Shown: positions 48,555-61,030 of the stretch, one piece after another | How the letters are laid out: every line of letters begins with the position of its first letter | Position numbering within the stretch: position 1 is the stretch's first letter | From: Lama glama | Taxonomy: Eukaryota | Length of the DNA stretch: 64,000 nt | Reading direction: 5' to 3' | NCBI GenBank assembly: GCA_028534125.1 | Contig: CM052850.1 | Coordinates: 5,270,001 to 5,334,000 of the forward strand | Program-made: the position numbers and the translations under genes | Notes under the pieces: generated by a model | What the model was told of the DNA's origin: nothing | Databases searched by the model: none | What the model saw: only the letters and a program-made list of their open reading frames with translations

Positions 48555-49185
48555 AGAGTTTATTTGCTCATTTATTCTTTCATTCAATAAACATATGCAA
48601 ACATGTCATCATACTGGGTCATAATCTAAGCATTATTGGCATTTATTGATAACCAGTGATGCTCCACGAGCTTACACACACGTTATTAGACTGGCTGTGT
48701 TGCACAGAGGTTACTAGTTTGGGCTGTGAACTCAGACAGATCTGTTTGAGGTCTTAGCTCCATCAGTTGGTACACGTGTGACGTTAGTCATGTCCACTGA
48801 CTCCTCCAAGCCTCAACATGCTTACTTGTGAAACGGGGATCGTATTCCTTCCAATCTGACAGGCTTGTTGATAGAAAAAAGTGACTTAATGCATAATAAG
48901 TGCTTGTATTACGCGGCACACACAAATTTACATCACCTGCTCTCATTTTCTCATTTAATCTTCACAAGACCCTGCAAAATAGGTGTGATTATATTGCCGC
49001 TCTATTTAGAGAATCCAATATTACAGCTTGTGAAGAATTTATATCCTACATTTTAGAACTTTAAACCACTACGTTCACACTTACTGATTCATAGTTGAAG
49101 CAACTGAGGGGCAGAGAAGTGGTGGAATCAGGACCCCACCCCGCGGCCCCTGACTCCCAGGCCGGCTCCCTTGAAACTTAACATC
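48555..49185. mobile_element. Cluster of an L2 3' end (-) and MIR fragments (+ and -)
   Basis: tcattcaataaacata; ggctgtgaactcagacaga...gcctcaac...gtgaaacggggat; ctcatttaatcttcacaagaccctg; aactgaggggcagagaagt. Confidence 0.65.
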
Positions 49186-50804
49186 CGCCCTCCCTTGCAT
49201 TACAGTCTCCATGGCCGTCTAGAAGGAAACTCTTTGTACTGTCTGCAAATGTCTACTGTCTCCTTTATTTGAAGGTTAACTGCACAGTTCATGTTCTCTA
49301 GGCCGTTTTCATCTCTTCTCTCTGTGCACTTTGGGCCTTTGCGTCCTCATTAACACCTCTACCAGAAAGGAAATGGAAAGGGAAATGAAACTTAAGCCAC
49401 TCAGTTTTGCTCCTTATTAGCAGCTCTTTTGAAAAGACCTGGTGGATGGGGAGGCTGACTTTTAGCTACAGCGGGTTTTTTTTGATTATAGCCATGTATT
49501 TAAATTAGCTGGGCTGCCTTTCTTGCTGTTACTGTGGATAAATGAGAGTCAATTGTCTGAGCCCCAGTGGGCCTGCGGCCACAGAGACCCATGTCCGCCC
49601 GAGCCAGCAGCTCTGCCCTCTGGCCCTCCGCCCTCTCTGCTTGTGCCCCTTTCACAGACCCTCCGCTGGGGGCTTCTCATTTTGCACCAGAGACAGAGAG
49701 GATTCTCTCCCAGGTCACTTGTTCGCTAGGGCCACCACGTCGCACGGGTGAAAGGAGGCCTGGATTTGTGCTGGGTGGTGGCCCTGGGATGACTTGAATG
49801 GGGAAAAACACAAAGCTGGAAATCAAAACATGCCGGACATTCCCTTTCATTCTTTTTATATTTTAAAACCTAGTTCCCTTTCTAGCTATACCACGCTCTC
49901 TTCAGAGAGGGCACGATTTCCTTGGGGCCTCCCTGCTGCTGGTTATCTGGACTGCATTCAGCCATGGCCTGGGAGGGCGGCCTGGCAGCCAAGCCTCCGT
50001 TAACCCTGTCAAGTGGACCTCCTTCTGTTGGGTTTTGATCTTGGCAGCATCAGCAGGATGCAGCCCCCAAATCACCATGCTCTTTTCATCTACTTCACTT
50101 CTTAATTCCTTCTGCCCCGTTTGTCACTGACCTTTGACACATCCTTTTGTCTTCTATTACCTAAAGGCTTTCTCCTGTCACCTGACCTCCAGCAACCAAA
50201 TATGGGCTGAACTTTAACGGTGAGTTTTAAGCCACCGCTTGGGAACTGGGGATGGCAACTTGGCTGAATAGCCTCAGGTTCTCATCTGTGAAAGCATGGG
50301 GGCTGGTCTACGTGACACACGGGGTCCTGTTGGGCACTGACTTTCTGTGATTCTGTAGATACTTATTTTAGGAATTTCCTCTGGACAGTCATAGAACCAA
50401 ATGGCTATGTATAGGCAGGAAGTCAGGCAACTTATATATAGTTTAATAATTTCATTAGCGATTTCAAATCTGCTCTCTCTCTTTTTTTTTTCCTGTTCAA
50501 AGTCTTAGCAACACTGTGCAAAGAAATGGGATACCATTGGTTGAAGCTCTGAGAAAGCCATTATTACACACCTAAGGCATTATTACCAGTAGGTTAACAT
50601 TTCTCTGATGTAACAAGAAAAAGGAGCTTATTTAGTTTTAGAGGCTCCAGGTAATGCTCCCCCAGCATTTAGGGACACTTTCGTGCTGCACGCTTGGAAT
50701 TAGAAGTAATTGTTTTTGTAATGAAAGATTTCTTGATAAGATATTTGGACAATTTTGGTAAAATTAAAATGTTTTTTTTTTTCATAAGTAGAGATCAAAC
50801 TCAG

Positions 50805-51095
50805 GAAATGTGGTGTGCTAGAGGAAAAAGTGTCAGAGATCCTGGGTTCAAGTTCCAGCTCTGCCATCACTGGATTATGAGCCCCTTGAGGGCAGGGCTC
50901 TGTTTCCCCAGCACTCAGAACAGCACCCAGACTGATTCCTGGGGCCTTTGTAAATATAATAAAGATTTGATAGTGAATAGAATAAAGAATAATAAATATA
51001 ATAATAAAAATAAAAATAACTGGGTGACTTTGGCCCCCTTGTTTAACTTCTGTGTGCCTTATTTCTAACTCCCACATTCAGGGCTGGACTCTGGG
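50805..51095 (+). mobile_element. MIR interrupted by an L2 3' fragment and an A-rich tract
   Basis: gtcagagatcctgggttcaagttccagctctgcca | gagccccttgagggcagggctctg | tgggtgactttgg...tttaacttctgtgtgcct. Confidence 0.65.
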
Positions 51096-52089
51096 TGAGA
51101 TGCAGGAAAAGTGGCCCCGCTTTTGAGGAGCAGGTGGTGTAAGAAGAGGGAACATTCCCTCGTTAAGCCACCTCTGCGGCTGTCTGGGGGAGGAAAGGAA
51201 AAGGGACCGTTACTATCACTGTTGGCTGTTCATAGGGGTTCGAGAGGCTCCAGGGACCCCTGCTCCTTTGAGTTTCTGGGAAAATCCTGGACAAAGTGGC
51301 AGAAGTTCCAGCAGGGACTTCCCTTTTTCATCTGAATTTCTACATCACTATCCTCCACCACCAACAGGTAGAAGTCATCCTGCTGAAAAAAAGCCTGAGC
51401 CTTCATTTCTTCTGAAATGCTCTGCAAACAACCCCTTGGGACTGGGGTCCCCGGCGCCGTATTGTCTGGGATGCCCCTGTGAACACACTGGCCTGACTGG
51501 GGCTGCGTGACCTGATGGGCTCCGATTGGTGTGCTCATGTCCTCCCGGCCCCCCCTTCCCCTTTAAAGAGATTTGGGTGCTTTTATCTTAGTCTGTCCCG
51601 GCTCCCACCAAGATGTGGGACTGAATAACATTTTTAATAATTTGAAAAAAGAATTGGGGAGCAGGGAAATAAGGGAGCTGGGTTTGTTGTCAGAACTGGA
51701 GCTTTTAGGGTTGAGTCTTGGGGAGAGAAAAAGAGGAAGGGTTCTGTGTCACGGGAGGAAGGAAGGAAGGGCGAAGGGCTCGGGGTGCGAGAATCGGGGG
51801 TGCAGAGCCTGCTTGCTGGATCTGGCTGTCCCAGCGTGGAGTTCCCAGATGTGAAATACCCTGTGAACTGGGGAAGGGGATGGAGAAGACCGTCTGGTGA
51901 GCAGTGAGGGTCTCCTAGGTGAACCGGGGGCCATGCAGGTTGTAAACAGAACCAACAGCTTTTCCCAACAGGAGCATTTACATTACTCTGCTTCTTAAGC
52001 ACCATAAATGTACTGGAAAAAACAAGTTAACAAACAGGTCCCTCTCTTCAGTTCTGGGAGACAGCCATGCTATATGAGCTTAACAAATA

Positions 52090-52370
52090 CATTTTAAAGT
52101 CTGCTGGGTTTCTGATTACAAAAGTCATGCTTGTTCGTGGTAGAAAATACAAAAAAGCGTCTCGAAGAAAATAAGTATCACCTAGAACTCTCCTTCTGAG
52201 AGCTGGCGCTGTTAATCCTGGTGCTGAGCTGTGGTGTCCAAACACACATGCTCCTAACAAGCAGGATTATAACACCTACATCATTTTGTAACTTGCTTTT
52301 TCACCTACCAATAGATTCTGCGCGCTCTTCTATGTCTTTACGTATTTGCTTTCAACATAATTTTTAATGT
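52090..52370 (-). mobile_element. Old LINE-1 (L1ME/MC-type) 3' end, antisense
   Basis: ctgattacaaaagtcatgcttgttc...tagaaaatacaaaa...ttttgtaacttgctttttcacc...ataatttttaatg. Confidence 0.7.
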
Positions 52371-53192
52371 TTGGCCTTCACTCTTAGCTGGTTCTTCATG
52401 GCTATCGATGCCCCCGAGAGGCTTGGGGCCAATGTGGCTTCACCAGCTCTGCTCTGCTCCACGTTGAAGTTATCCCTGATCACGACCTCCCTCTGCTTTG
52501 CTCCATCTCAGAGATTAAAGAGCGCTACCTCCTTGTCAAGGCTGAGAACACTTCACCCCTTGCTCTTGATCACATTCCCTTCAAGAAGCTTGCTCCCCCC
52601 ACCCCCACCCCTGCCCTGGATTTGCATGACCATGGTGGGGTCCCTAACGCAGCCCTTCATTCTTCCCACTTCGTAGGCCATCATAAGAGAGTTCTTTTCT
52701 CTCCGCCAGCCTGTTCAATACCTTGTTGGCATATGAATTGTATTAAGTTACAGCTGTATCACTCCTCTACTTGAAGTCATTTAGTGTCTTCCTACTGCCC
52801 ACCATGCCAGCCCCAAACTCCCTAGGCTGGCACCCAGGGCCTTTCAAGGATGTCCCCATGTCCCATACAAGGGAGGAAACTTTAACCCTTCTCTTTCCGT
52901 CTTCCCACCAAATCCAACTGGTCACACGCTCCTATTGGCTCTACCTGCTCTTAGCTCAGTGATTGACCCTCCTTCTCTCCACCCACTCTGCTCCCGCCTT
53001 AGCTCACATCCTAATCACCTGAGTCACTGTGCTGTTGACTTGTCCCAGGCTTTCCTGCCTCCAGCCCTCCCCCTCTACATTGCTCTTCCCGCTGCACACA
53101 GAATGTTCTTCTAAAGGGAAATATGACCATCATTCACTCCCTTAAATTACTTAATGGCTTCCCATAGCGTTTGGAAAAAGTCCTAATTTCTT

Positions 53193-53565
53193 TTTCAATT
53201 TCTTCTCTTTTTCTTTCTTTTTTTAAATTGAAGTATGGTCAGTTTACAACGTGTCCATTGCTGGTGTACAGCATAATGTTTCCATCATACACGTACATAC
53301 ATATATTCATTATCATTCTTTGTTTTTTTGAATAAAGGTTGATCTATTCAGAGGTACATACTTCATAGAGTACAGGCTGTTTCAGAAGGCAAGAGAAAGG
53401 CCACAAGGTGTGGGGGTTGGGTGCTCAGTAGACACACACTACATAGACAGCTCAGAAGATGAGGGAGCGAGAGGCCTGTCAGATTCTTTTTCATTATAGG
53501 TTACTACAAGATATTGAATATAGTTCTGTGTGCTGTACAGAAGGAACTTGTTGTTTATCTCTAAG
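53193..53565 (-). mobile_element. Young 5'-truncated LINE-1 3' end with perfect 15-bp TSD, itself interrupted by an LTR-derived insert
   Basis: T-tract + attgaagtatggtcagtttacaa...ctggtgtacagcataatg...ggttactacaagatattgaatatagtt; TSD aagtcctaatttctt 53178-53192 / 53566-53580. Confidence 0.92.
53322..53478 (-). mobile_element. Polyadenylated, 5'-truncated retrocopy of an ERV1 LTR R region
   Basis: Aligns by eye to 35500-35660 of the solo LTR; begins with a T-tract; flanked by tcattcttt / tcagattcttt. Confidence 0.75.
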
Positions 53566-54559
53566 AAGTCCTAATTTCTTAGCATAACGCACAGGCTCTT
53601 CCTGATGTGTGCCGCACCCTATGTCCCTTTATCAACTTTTTGATGTTGACCTTGAATACACTGAATGCCCTCATTCCGTGTATACCCCAGAAGTGCTGTC
53701 TGATCTCATACTTGCCTCCCCACCCTCTTGTCGTCCCACTTCCCCTCTCTGAGACCCTGCCCTGCTTCTGGGTTGAATGTCCATCTTAAGTGCTTCCTCA
53801 GCTCCTTGTTCGCTGCTGAACCCTGGCTCCAATCACACTGCATGCTAATTGCCTTTCCCTGTCGGTAAGGTGAGGAGACTTCAGCTCCATGAGGGCAAAG
53901 ACGGCTTTTCATTTGTCTTACTATTTCCCCATCAGCCAGTACAGGGGATGCAGCTGGTTTATTCAGTCTTTTTTGGTGTATGAATGAATGAATGGAGACA
54001 TATCCTAATGTTATATAGTAATGCCTCAAGCTTTCAGACACGGAGAGAACGGGGCAGTGGGTGCTTATGGCCCCTCGCTGGCAGTGCAGGCAAAAGGACT
54101 TTGGTAAGTCTTTGTATTTAGCACTCAATTCCCGTGATTGCTCTGAGTCTTCATCCCTCTGTCTGTGCCTGGGGCTGTTGAAATCTACTGTTTCTGGCTT
54201 TTCACGTTCAGGGTTTCTTTAGGTGTTTGTGTGTGCATTGTGGCTGGCACTCTGCTGTCGGCTGTGATCCAAGAGGGGAGACCTGCCTGGGAATCTGAAT
54301 GGAGCCATGACTAACCCAAGGCCACTTTGACCTTTGCCTTTGATTTGATAGCCATGGCAGGAGCAGTGATGATGATGGTGAGGGTGGAAAAACACATACA
54401 AAGTTTTAACTGTGTCAAATTCAGGCTGGGGATGTGAGCGATGCCTTCATTCTGTACTGGTCACAAGACACATCCCTTGTCTACAATAAGCTTGGCGTGT
54501 CCCTGGTCCAAGTCACTAAACACTATTACAATTGCCTTATAAGGGTCTCAGTGCCTTCA

Positions 54560-55270
54560 TTCAAGGCTCATGCCATGGGAACATTCAGATTGGGTTGCCC
54601 TTCCTTTTAAGACCCTCTGGCAGCTTCCCGTTGCATTTGGAGCTGAGGGCTTTTTAATGACCTATGAGGTCTTACCACCGTTTGAATCCTGCCTGCCACT
54701 CCCACTTACCTTTCTTCCTTAATCAGCCTGTCCCAGCCACGCCCGCCTTCTCTTCCCCTTCGGCATCTCTGCTTGTACCATTCCCTCTGCCTGGCGTTCT
54801 CTCCCTTGGCTCTTTGCCTGACTGATTGCGCCTCGTGCTTCGCGTCTCAGCCCGGGCACCCCTGACCGCCCTCTCTAGGGGGGCGCTCCCCGCTGTCCTC
54901 TGGCACTGCGTGCCTCTCATTTTCTTCAGAGCACTTCTCACTAGCTGTAATTACGATTTTATCTTTTGGTTTACTCAGTTACTGCTCCTCTTCAAATCTA
55001 AGCTCTGGCACTTACCGGCTGAATGACCTTGGGCAAATCATGTAACCAACTTTCACCCTAGCTTCCTCATCTGCAAATGGAGATACTTTTCTTGAGGGCG
55101 ATTCCTATGTGCCAGGTCCTGTGCTGATCACTTAACATGGATTTAGTTCAGCCTCCCGGCGGAGGAGCACAGAGGGAGCCCCCCATTGTTCAAGGTCATG
55201 CAGTTAGTTAATGGTGTAGACAGGATTTGAACCCATGTAGTCTGGCTTCAGCGTCCACACTCTTTCCTGC
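54560..55270. mobile_element. L2 fragment (+) followed by MIR fragments (+ then -)
   Basis: ccattccctctgcctggcgttctc; gctgaatgaccttgggcaaatca...cttcctcatctgcaaatgg; tcaaggtcatgcagttagtta...ggatttgaaccca. Confidence 0.7.
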
Positions 55271-56247
55271 TTTGCCGGGCAAAGTGCGCATGTTCACTGA
55301 CCACATAAGTAAGAAGCTTCTTCCTGAGCCCCCCCGATTTTCCTCTGAAAGTGTTCTTCATGACAGCAGGAGCATTTCCCAGTTTTCTAGATCCCTCTGG
55401 ATCGCCTACGTTGCCCCACTTAGCCTTATTGGAAGAAAATGTGGCTTTTCTAGCCCCCGAAGGCTGGAAACCAACCCCTAGCCCCCAGGGTGGCCCCACC
55501 TTCCTGCGTTGAGAGCAGCTTTCAGACAAACACACCAGGTGTGCTCCTGGCTGCGTCTGCTGCCTTCAAATCTCCAGCCACGAGGAATCTGGATTGATTC
55601 TTCTTTTCTTTTCCTTGACAAAAGGCAAGAACTGTATGGGGAGGAAAACCTTTACTCCGAAAAGAATTGTTAAGTGCAGAGCCGGCCTTACAGTTCCACT
55701 GATGAATTCTGAGCACCCAGGAGCCTCGTGGCAGAGGCAGGGGGCTCAGCCCAAGAGGACCCAGGGTCTGAAGCCCCTCTTTCCCGTGAGCCCCTGACCT
55801 GAGGTGTGAGAGGCACTGCGGGGAGACAGGCAGTGTCTCCCGGCTGCCGATGACAGATGTCATCACACATGGGGCCACATTTCCATTTGCAGAGCCTGCG
55901 TCTCCTTTTTTATGAACAGAGTGCATTGAGGGGCCATCGGGATCCCTTTGAGCACCCTCCGAGCTGACAGGCTCCACCTTTGGGGCTCTGCCTGCAGTGG
56001 CTGGGGTCCTTCTCTACCCTTCATTCTACCAAATCTGTCCCTGTGTACCAGGCATGCAGCAGACATCTCTCAAATGAATGTATAACCCTCCGTGCCTCTC
56101 AGATAACCCTGAGCAAGTCTCTCCTGCAGGGGAGGACATTGTAAGGAGAGGAGGTGGTAGGAACAGACACAAGACTGGGGAGTTGTACACGTGATTAGGA
56201 AATCATGAGCTTGTGCGTTTGACTGAAGGTCAGATACAAGTGAGGGG

Positions 56248-56753
56248 TGTATTGGTTATTCTTTTGATGCCTCCTGTATCTATTTTTAAATCTATTTTTT
56301 TTTTGCCTTTCTTGTCCCTGCCCTGTGCGCCAGGGGGCTGACTTCTATGGTTCCATCACACGGGCTTCCTTGCCCTGTGGTTTCCTGTTGGAATTGACCA
56401 ATAGGAGGCAGGCAAGCATCCGAGGATGGGAGGAAGGAGAGGCTGGCTTGTTTATTCTCTTCCCTCTCAGCTCCCCTGTCCACAGCCCCACAGACCTCTA
56501 GCAGCACTCTGTCACACCTTCCTTCAGCTGCAGCTCCTGCAGGGATCAGGGACTAGTGCCCAACTCCTTGCTCCTTCAGGCCTAGTGACAGTTAGGGCTT
56601 CTCATTGGTTGCTGGTCCCTGTGGGACTCACCTTCCCTCACTGGCTCCCTAAACCCTATTCACACCCATATAAACGGTCCCCTGAGTGACTTCTCTGCAG
56701 CTGAACCCTTTAGTGTGTGCCATCCGTCTCCTGGTGGAACCCTGACCAGTCCA
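56248..56753 (+). mobile_element. ERVL solo LTR, LTR33-type, inserted in antisense L2 remnants
   Basis: tgtattggttattc...ccctgccctgtgcgccagggggctgac...ccttgccctgtggtttcctgttgg...ccaataggaggca...cttcaggcctag...gtgtgccatc...gaaccctgac. Confidence 0.82.
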
Positions 56754-58269
56754 GGGAGGACTGGGAGACTAGCGAGAGAGGTGGCCCCACCTAGATCTTG
56801 GAGAACACTGAGGGCTCTGCTCAGGATTTTATATTTTTTTAATCAGGCAACTTGGAAATCATTAAATGTTTCTGAACATAAACAGGACTTGAGCAGAGGT
56901 TGGTGGCAACAGTCAAAAAAGAGCAGTGAACGCAGGAGATGATGCCAGGGTGGGGAAATGACGGATTTGTGAGAAATGGAGACAGCGCCTTTGAGGTTGG
57001 GCCCATGACTCCAGGACCAGGCTGACGGGGAGGACAGTGGTGCCACAGTAGAACTGAGACAGGGAGGGGGAATTGCTGTTACATTGGGTTTAAGCTGAGA
57101 ATGCCTCTAACCTTTATCTATAAACTGTGGTCATGGTTGGAGGGACTGTGTTCATATGAACTAGTTCATCAGTCACCCCCCAAGCCTGTTAGAGCCCAGG
57201 AAATGTCACACAGAGATGCTGCCCTTCTGTCGAGAGGGGCTACACAGTGATCATCCTGTACAGTTGGGGTACTTTAGAGAGTGAATCCACAGTGCCATCT
57301 GGGCTTTGCTAGGTATCAGTGAGATCTCAGATATTTTTGTAGATGTGGTTTTTATTTAGAATTGAGATGAGGAAGCAAAATACATCATGTGAGGACACCT
57401 TGAGGGAATGAGGGCTACTTAGCTTAGAGACGAGAAGGCTGAGGGGACAAGAAGGCTCATTCTGGGCAGTGCCCAAGGGCTGCTCTGAGAGCCCCGAGTG
57501 GAGGTACAGGAAGGTAGGCTTCACCTTCTAATAGTGAAGTGCCTTCTAAGGATCGATTCACTCTGCCCATTGGTGGGCTGAGCCTCTTATGGAGTGGTAA
57601 GTGCCTGGTCCTGAATGGGATTAAGTTGAAGCTCAATGCTTGCTGGTCAGTGACTCTAAAAAGACTTCCTTATTGTGCTATAAATCAGGCTGAAGAGCAT
57701 CACATCCTATTCCATTTCCCTCAGTTCCAGCCCAGCGAGTCCATGATTCGCCTAACACCTGAACACAGACGCAGAGGCGGGGTTGATGGCCACGAGGCTA
57801 CACCCAGCAGTGTCCAGGGTCTCGGCCTTTCATTGCAGGCATGTTCTAGATGAAATTGACAGGGCGAAGCGCAGACAGAAAACCCTTTGCGGGTCAGATG
57901 TTGATAATATCCTGTTTCCTATCAGTTCAGATGAACAGCTTGAGTTTGGTCACCCATGTTGGGTGGGGGAGATGCGGAAGAGAGAACAAATGTGCTGGAT
58001 TCCCTAGTAAGTCCCACCAGCTGGGGAGTTTCAAAGATTTTTTAAAATCTCAGTTGAAGATGAGACAAAGGAAATGTGCTCCCAGGAAAGCACATCTGGA
58101 ATGTGGAAATGTGACAAGTGAGGAATTTCTTGCTAAATGGAGTTGGAAAAGAATCTCTTTCTTTAGGGTGAAGGGTGATAAAGAGATACATGCTTAACTA
58201 GAACCATAGTATCTTAAAGGAATTCATAGATTTTTGTATCTCAGTCTTTCTTTTGATAAATCATACATA

Positions 58270-58482
58270 ATATTTATACCCTGAGCTCACATTTACAAAT
58301 TGTTTTATATGAATTAGTTCATTTTATCTTGTGAGGCAGGTATGGCAAGTAATATTCTTTCCATTCACCAGATGAGCAAACTGAGACTCAGAGAAGCCAG
58401 GCTTCCTGTTCAGGTTCATACAGATGATGAGTAGGTGAGCTGGGCTTTGAATTTTAATCCTATATTCTTCCTACCACATCAT
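58270..58482 (-). mobile_element. MIR SINE
   Basis: tgtgaggcaggta...cagatgagcaaactgagactcagaga...gagctgggctttgaa. Confidence 0.75.
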
Positions 58483-58500
58483 AATGGGAGCCTGGATTAT

Positions 58501-59044
58501 TATTATTTCTTTTTTTAATTGAGATATAGTCAGTTACAATGTTGTCAGTTTCTGGGGTACAGCATGTCCCAGTCATGCATATACATACATATAAATTTTA
58601 GAAACTTTATATATATAGATAATTTTCATATTCTTTTTCATTAAAGGTTATTATAAGATATTGAATATAGTTCTCTGTGCTATATGGATGAAATTTGTTT
58701 TCTTTTAAATCTATTGTTATATATAGTGGTTAACATTTGCAAATCTCAAACTCCCAAATTTATCCCTTCTCACCCTCTTTCCCCTGGTAATCATAAGATT
58801 GTTTATTATGTCTGCAAGTCTGTTTCTGTTTTGTAGATGAATTCATGAGTGTCCTTTTTTTTTTTTTTTACATATGAGTGATATTATATGGTATTTTTCT
58901 TTCTCTTTCTTACTTCATTTAGAACGATGATCTCCAGGTCCATCCATATTGCTGCAAATGACTTTATTTTATTCTTTTTTTAACACTGAATAATATTCCA
59001 TTATACAAATATACCACAGCTTCTTTATCCAGGCATCTGTCAAT
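58501..59044 (-). mobile_element. Young 5'-truncated LINE-1 3' end (about 540 bp)
   Basis: attgagatatagtcagttacaatgttg...tgcaaatctcaaactcccaaatttatccc...ccaggtccatccatattgctgcaaatg; TSD gagcctggattat 58488-58500 / gagactggataat 59045-59057. Confidence 0.92.
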
Positions 59045-59059
59045 GAGACTGGATAATAA

Positions 59060-60325
59060 ACTTAACACTTATTGTGTATTTATTTTATGCCAGACGGTGG
59101 GCCAAGCACTTTACATGGCTTAACTCATTCAGTCCTTACAACAATCTCCCTTTTCCAGATATGGAAATGAATGATGTTCCCTCAAGCTCAGGCTCTACCA
59201 AAGCAGTTTAGTCTCCAGGCTGTTAACATGCTCACCTAATCCCTAACACTAGGATGAAAACAAAAAGTCAGTAGCATTCACCTCAGGTGAGCATGCGTGT
59301 GTCTGTGTGTGTACAGGGTGTGTGTGTATATGAAGAGTTCCACACTTTATCTGTAACTGCCCACTGGCTGTCTCTGCTTGGTTATACTCCCAGAAATGGA
59401 AATATTTCATTTCTCAAACTGAACTCTTTTTCTTCTCCCTAACACTGTTCCTCCTCCTCTTGGCCAGGTCCACCAGTCAGGCTCAACATGCAGACTGGGT
59501 GCCGGTGGTGAAGACCCCTAGATTCTCCAACAAAATCGCTCATAGCCATTCCAGCCCGTCCAGTCCCACTGCTGTGCCTTGCATCAGACCCACATTACCC
59601 GGACTTTAGCAGTAGACTCTTCCTCCTGTCCTCTTCCTGTCCACTCCTCTTGAGATGGTCTCAAGTTATATTTTCCAGAAAGATGGATCTTATCCAGCTG
59701 TTCTCTTTCTTCAACATCTTCATAGGCTTCCTGTTATAGTCATTCATTCCTCAGATGCTCATTGAGCAACTGCTAAGTACCCAACACTCCTCTAGGTGCT
59801 GGGCACACCAGAGTGAACAGAGCAGTGACCGCGCCACCATCCACGTGCAGCCCGAAAAGTGCATGCTCTTCAGCCTAGCGTGCAAAGCCATCTGCTCTGT
59901 GGCTCAGCTCATCATTCTGGCCTTCATTGTTTCTCCAGACAACTGCATGTAATATCTACACTCCTTGTCACCCAGGCATGCTAAGCATTCTCGGTGTCCT
60001 TTCTTTCTGCTTATTTGGGCGGTTACCTCCCAACCTGGAGTCCTGCTCATCTGTCCAGACTTCCTGTGACCTAACTCAACTGTCTCTCTTCCTTGAATCC
60101 TCTCCAGACCACGCTCCTCCCTTAACAACTCTGGTCAGAATTAACCTCACCTATACCAGTGCTTTTGTACGTCTTGGTCATGACCACAGTCTGCATTATT
60201 TCTGCATGTGTCTGTCTTCTCCTTAGCCTGAGATCCTTGAGCAGAGGAATGTCTCATCTGTGTTTGCGTTCTTAGGACTTCACTCAGTCCCTGGCACCCA
60301 GCAGGTGCCTGAGAAGTATTAGCCA
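59060..60325. mobile_element. MIR (-) then L2 (+) with a nested antisense L2 3' end (about 59740-59825)
   Basis: atgccagacggtgggccaagcactttacat; ctcaaactgaactc; cattcattcctcagatgctcattgagc; tccttgagcagaggaatgtctc...cctggcacccagcaggtgc. Confidence 0.65.
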
Positions 60326-60472
60326 CTGTGAAATGGTGAGATGTTGAGGTTCTTGACGGTACTTTCCCGCCCTGCCATCATCTGCCGCCCCCTTTTCAAA
60401 GCTCCTTAACAAGCTTACACAAATAAATAAATCTTGCACATGGGTGTACAAGTGCAGAAAGGCACTTTTGAG

Positions 60473-60486
60473 CCTCTAGGTGGCAA
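60473..60486 (+). promoter_or_regulatory. Candidate CTCF motif
   Basis: CCTCTAGGTGGCAA, close to the CTCF core; motif only. Confidence 0.3.
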
Positions 60487-60903
60487 TGTTACTGTGCTCA
60501 AAGTAAGGTCCTTGAGCACCAAGTCAGGAAACTATCAGCCCCTTAGGGTACCTGCCTGCCTTCTCCTCTTCCTCCCTCTTTTCCTCCCTCACTTCCTCCC
60601 TCTCTTTCTCTCTTTTTCCTTTCCTCTCTCCTCCTATCTCTATTTCAGCTCATCCATTAAGTCTCTTCACAGATTTTTAAAAACACCAAGGTCTAACTGT
60701 AAGGACCAGGGAAAACTTGCAGGACCTCCTAGAAATGCTGCCTCACCCCTCACATGCTTGGTGTAGAATTTTAAATGTTAATACTTCTAATAACGTCCAT
60801 TTAAATTTTGGAGGCATGAGCGGGTTATGATCTTCAGAGACAGGAAGATAGAAAGCAGTTGTCTTTAAAGGCAGCCAAAGACACAATTCAAAATGGCCTC
60901 AGA

Positions 60904-61030
60904 AGGGGGAGGGGTGTACCTTAAGTGGTAGAGCACATGCTTAGCATGCACGAAGTCCTAGGTTCAATCCCCAGTACCTCCTCTAAAAATAAAGAAATAA
61001 ATAAGCCTAATTACTGCCTCCACCCCGCAA
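60904..61030 (+). mobile_element. tRNA-Ala-derived camelid SINE (Vic-1 type) with perfect 14-bp TSD
   Basis: gggggaggggtgtaccttaagtggtagagcacatgcttagcatgcacgaagtcctaggttcaatccccagtacc; TSD aaaatggcctcaga 60890-60903 / 61031-61044. Confidence 0.93.

Larger units (their letters stand above)
52720..53995 (+). mobile_element. L2 3' portion interrupted by a young L1
   Basis: atcactcctctacttgaag, ttcccaccaaatccaa, atgaccatcattcactcc, cagctccatgagggcaaagac, terminal tgaatgaatgaatg. Confidence 0.75.
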
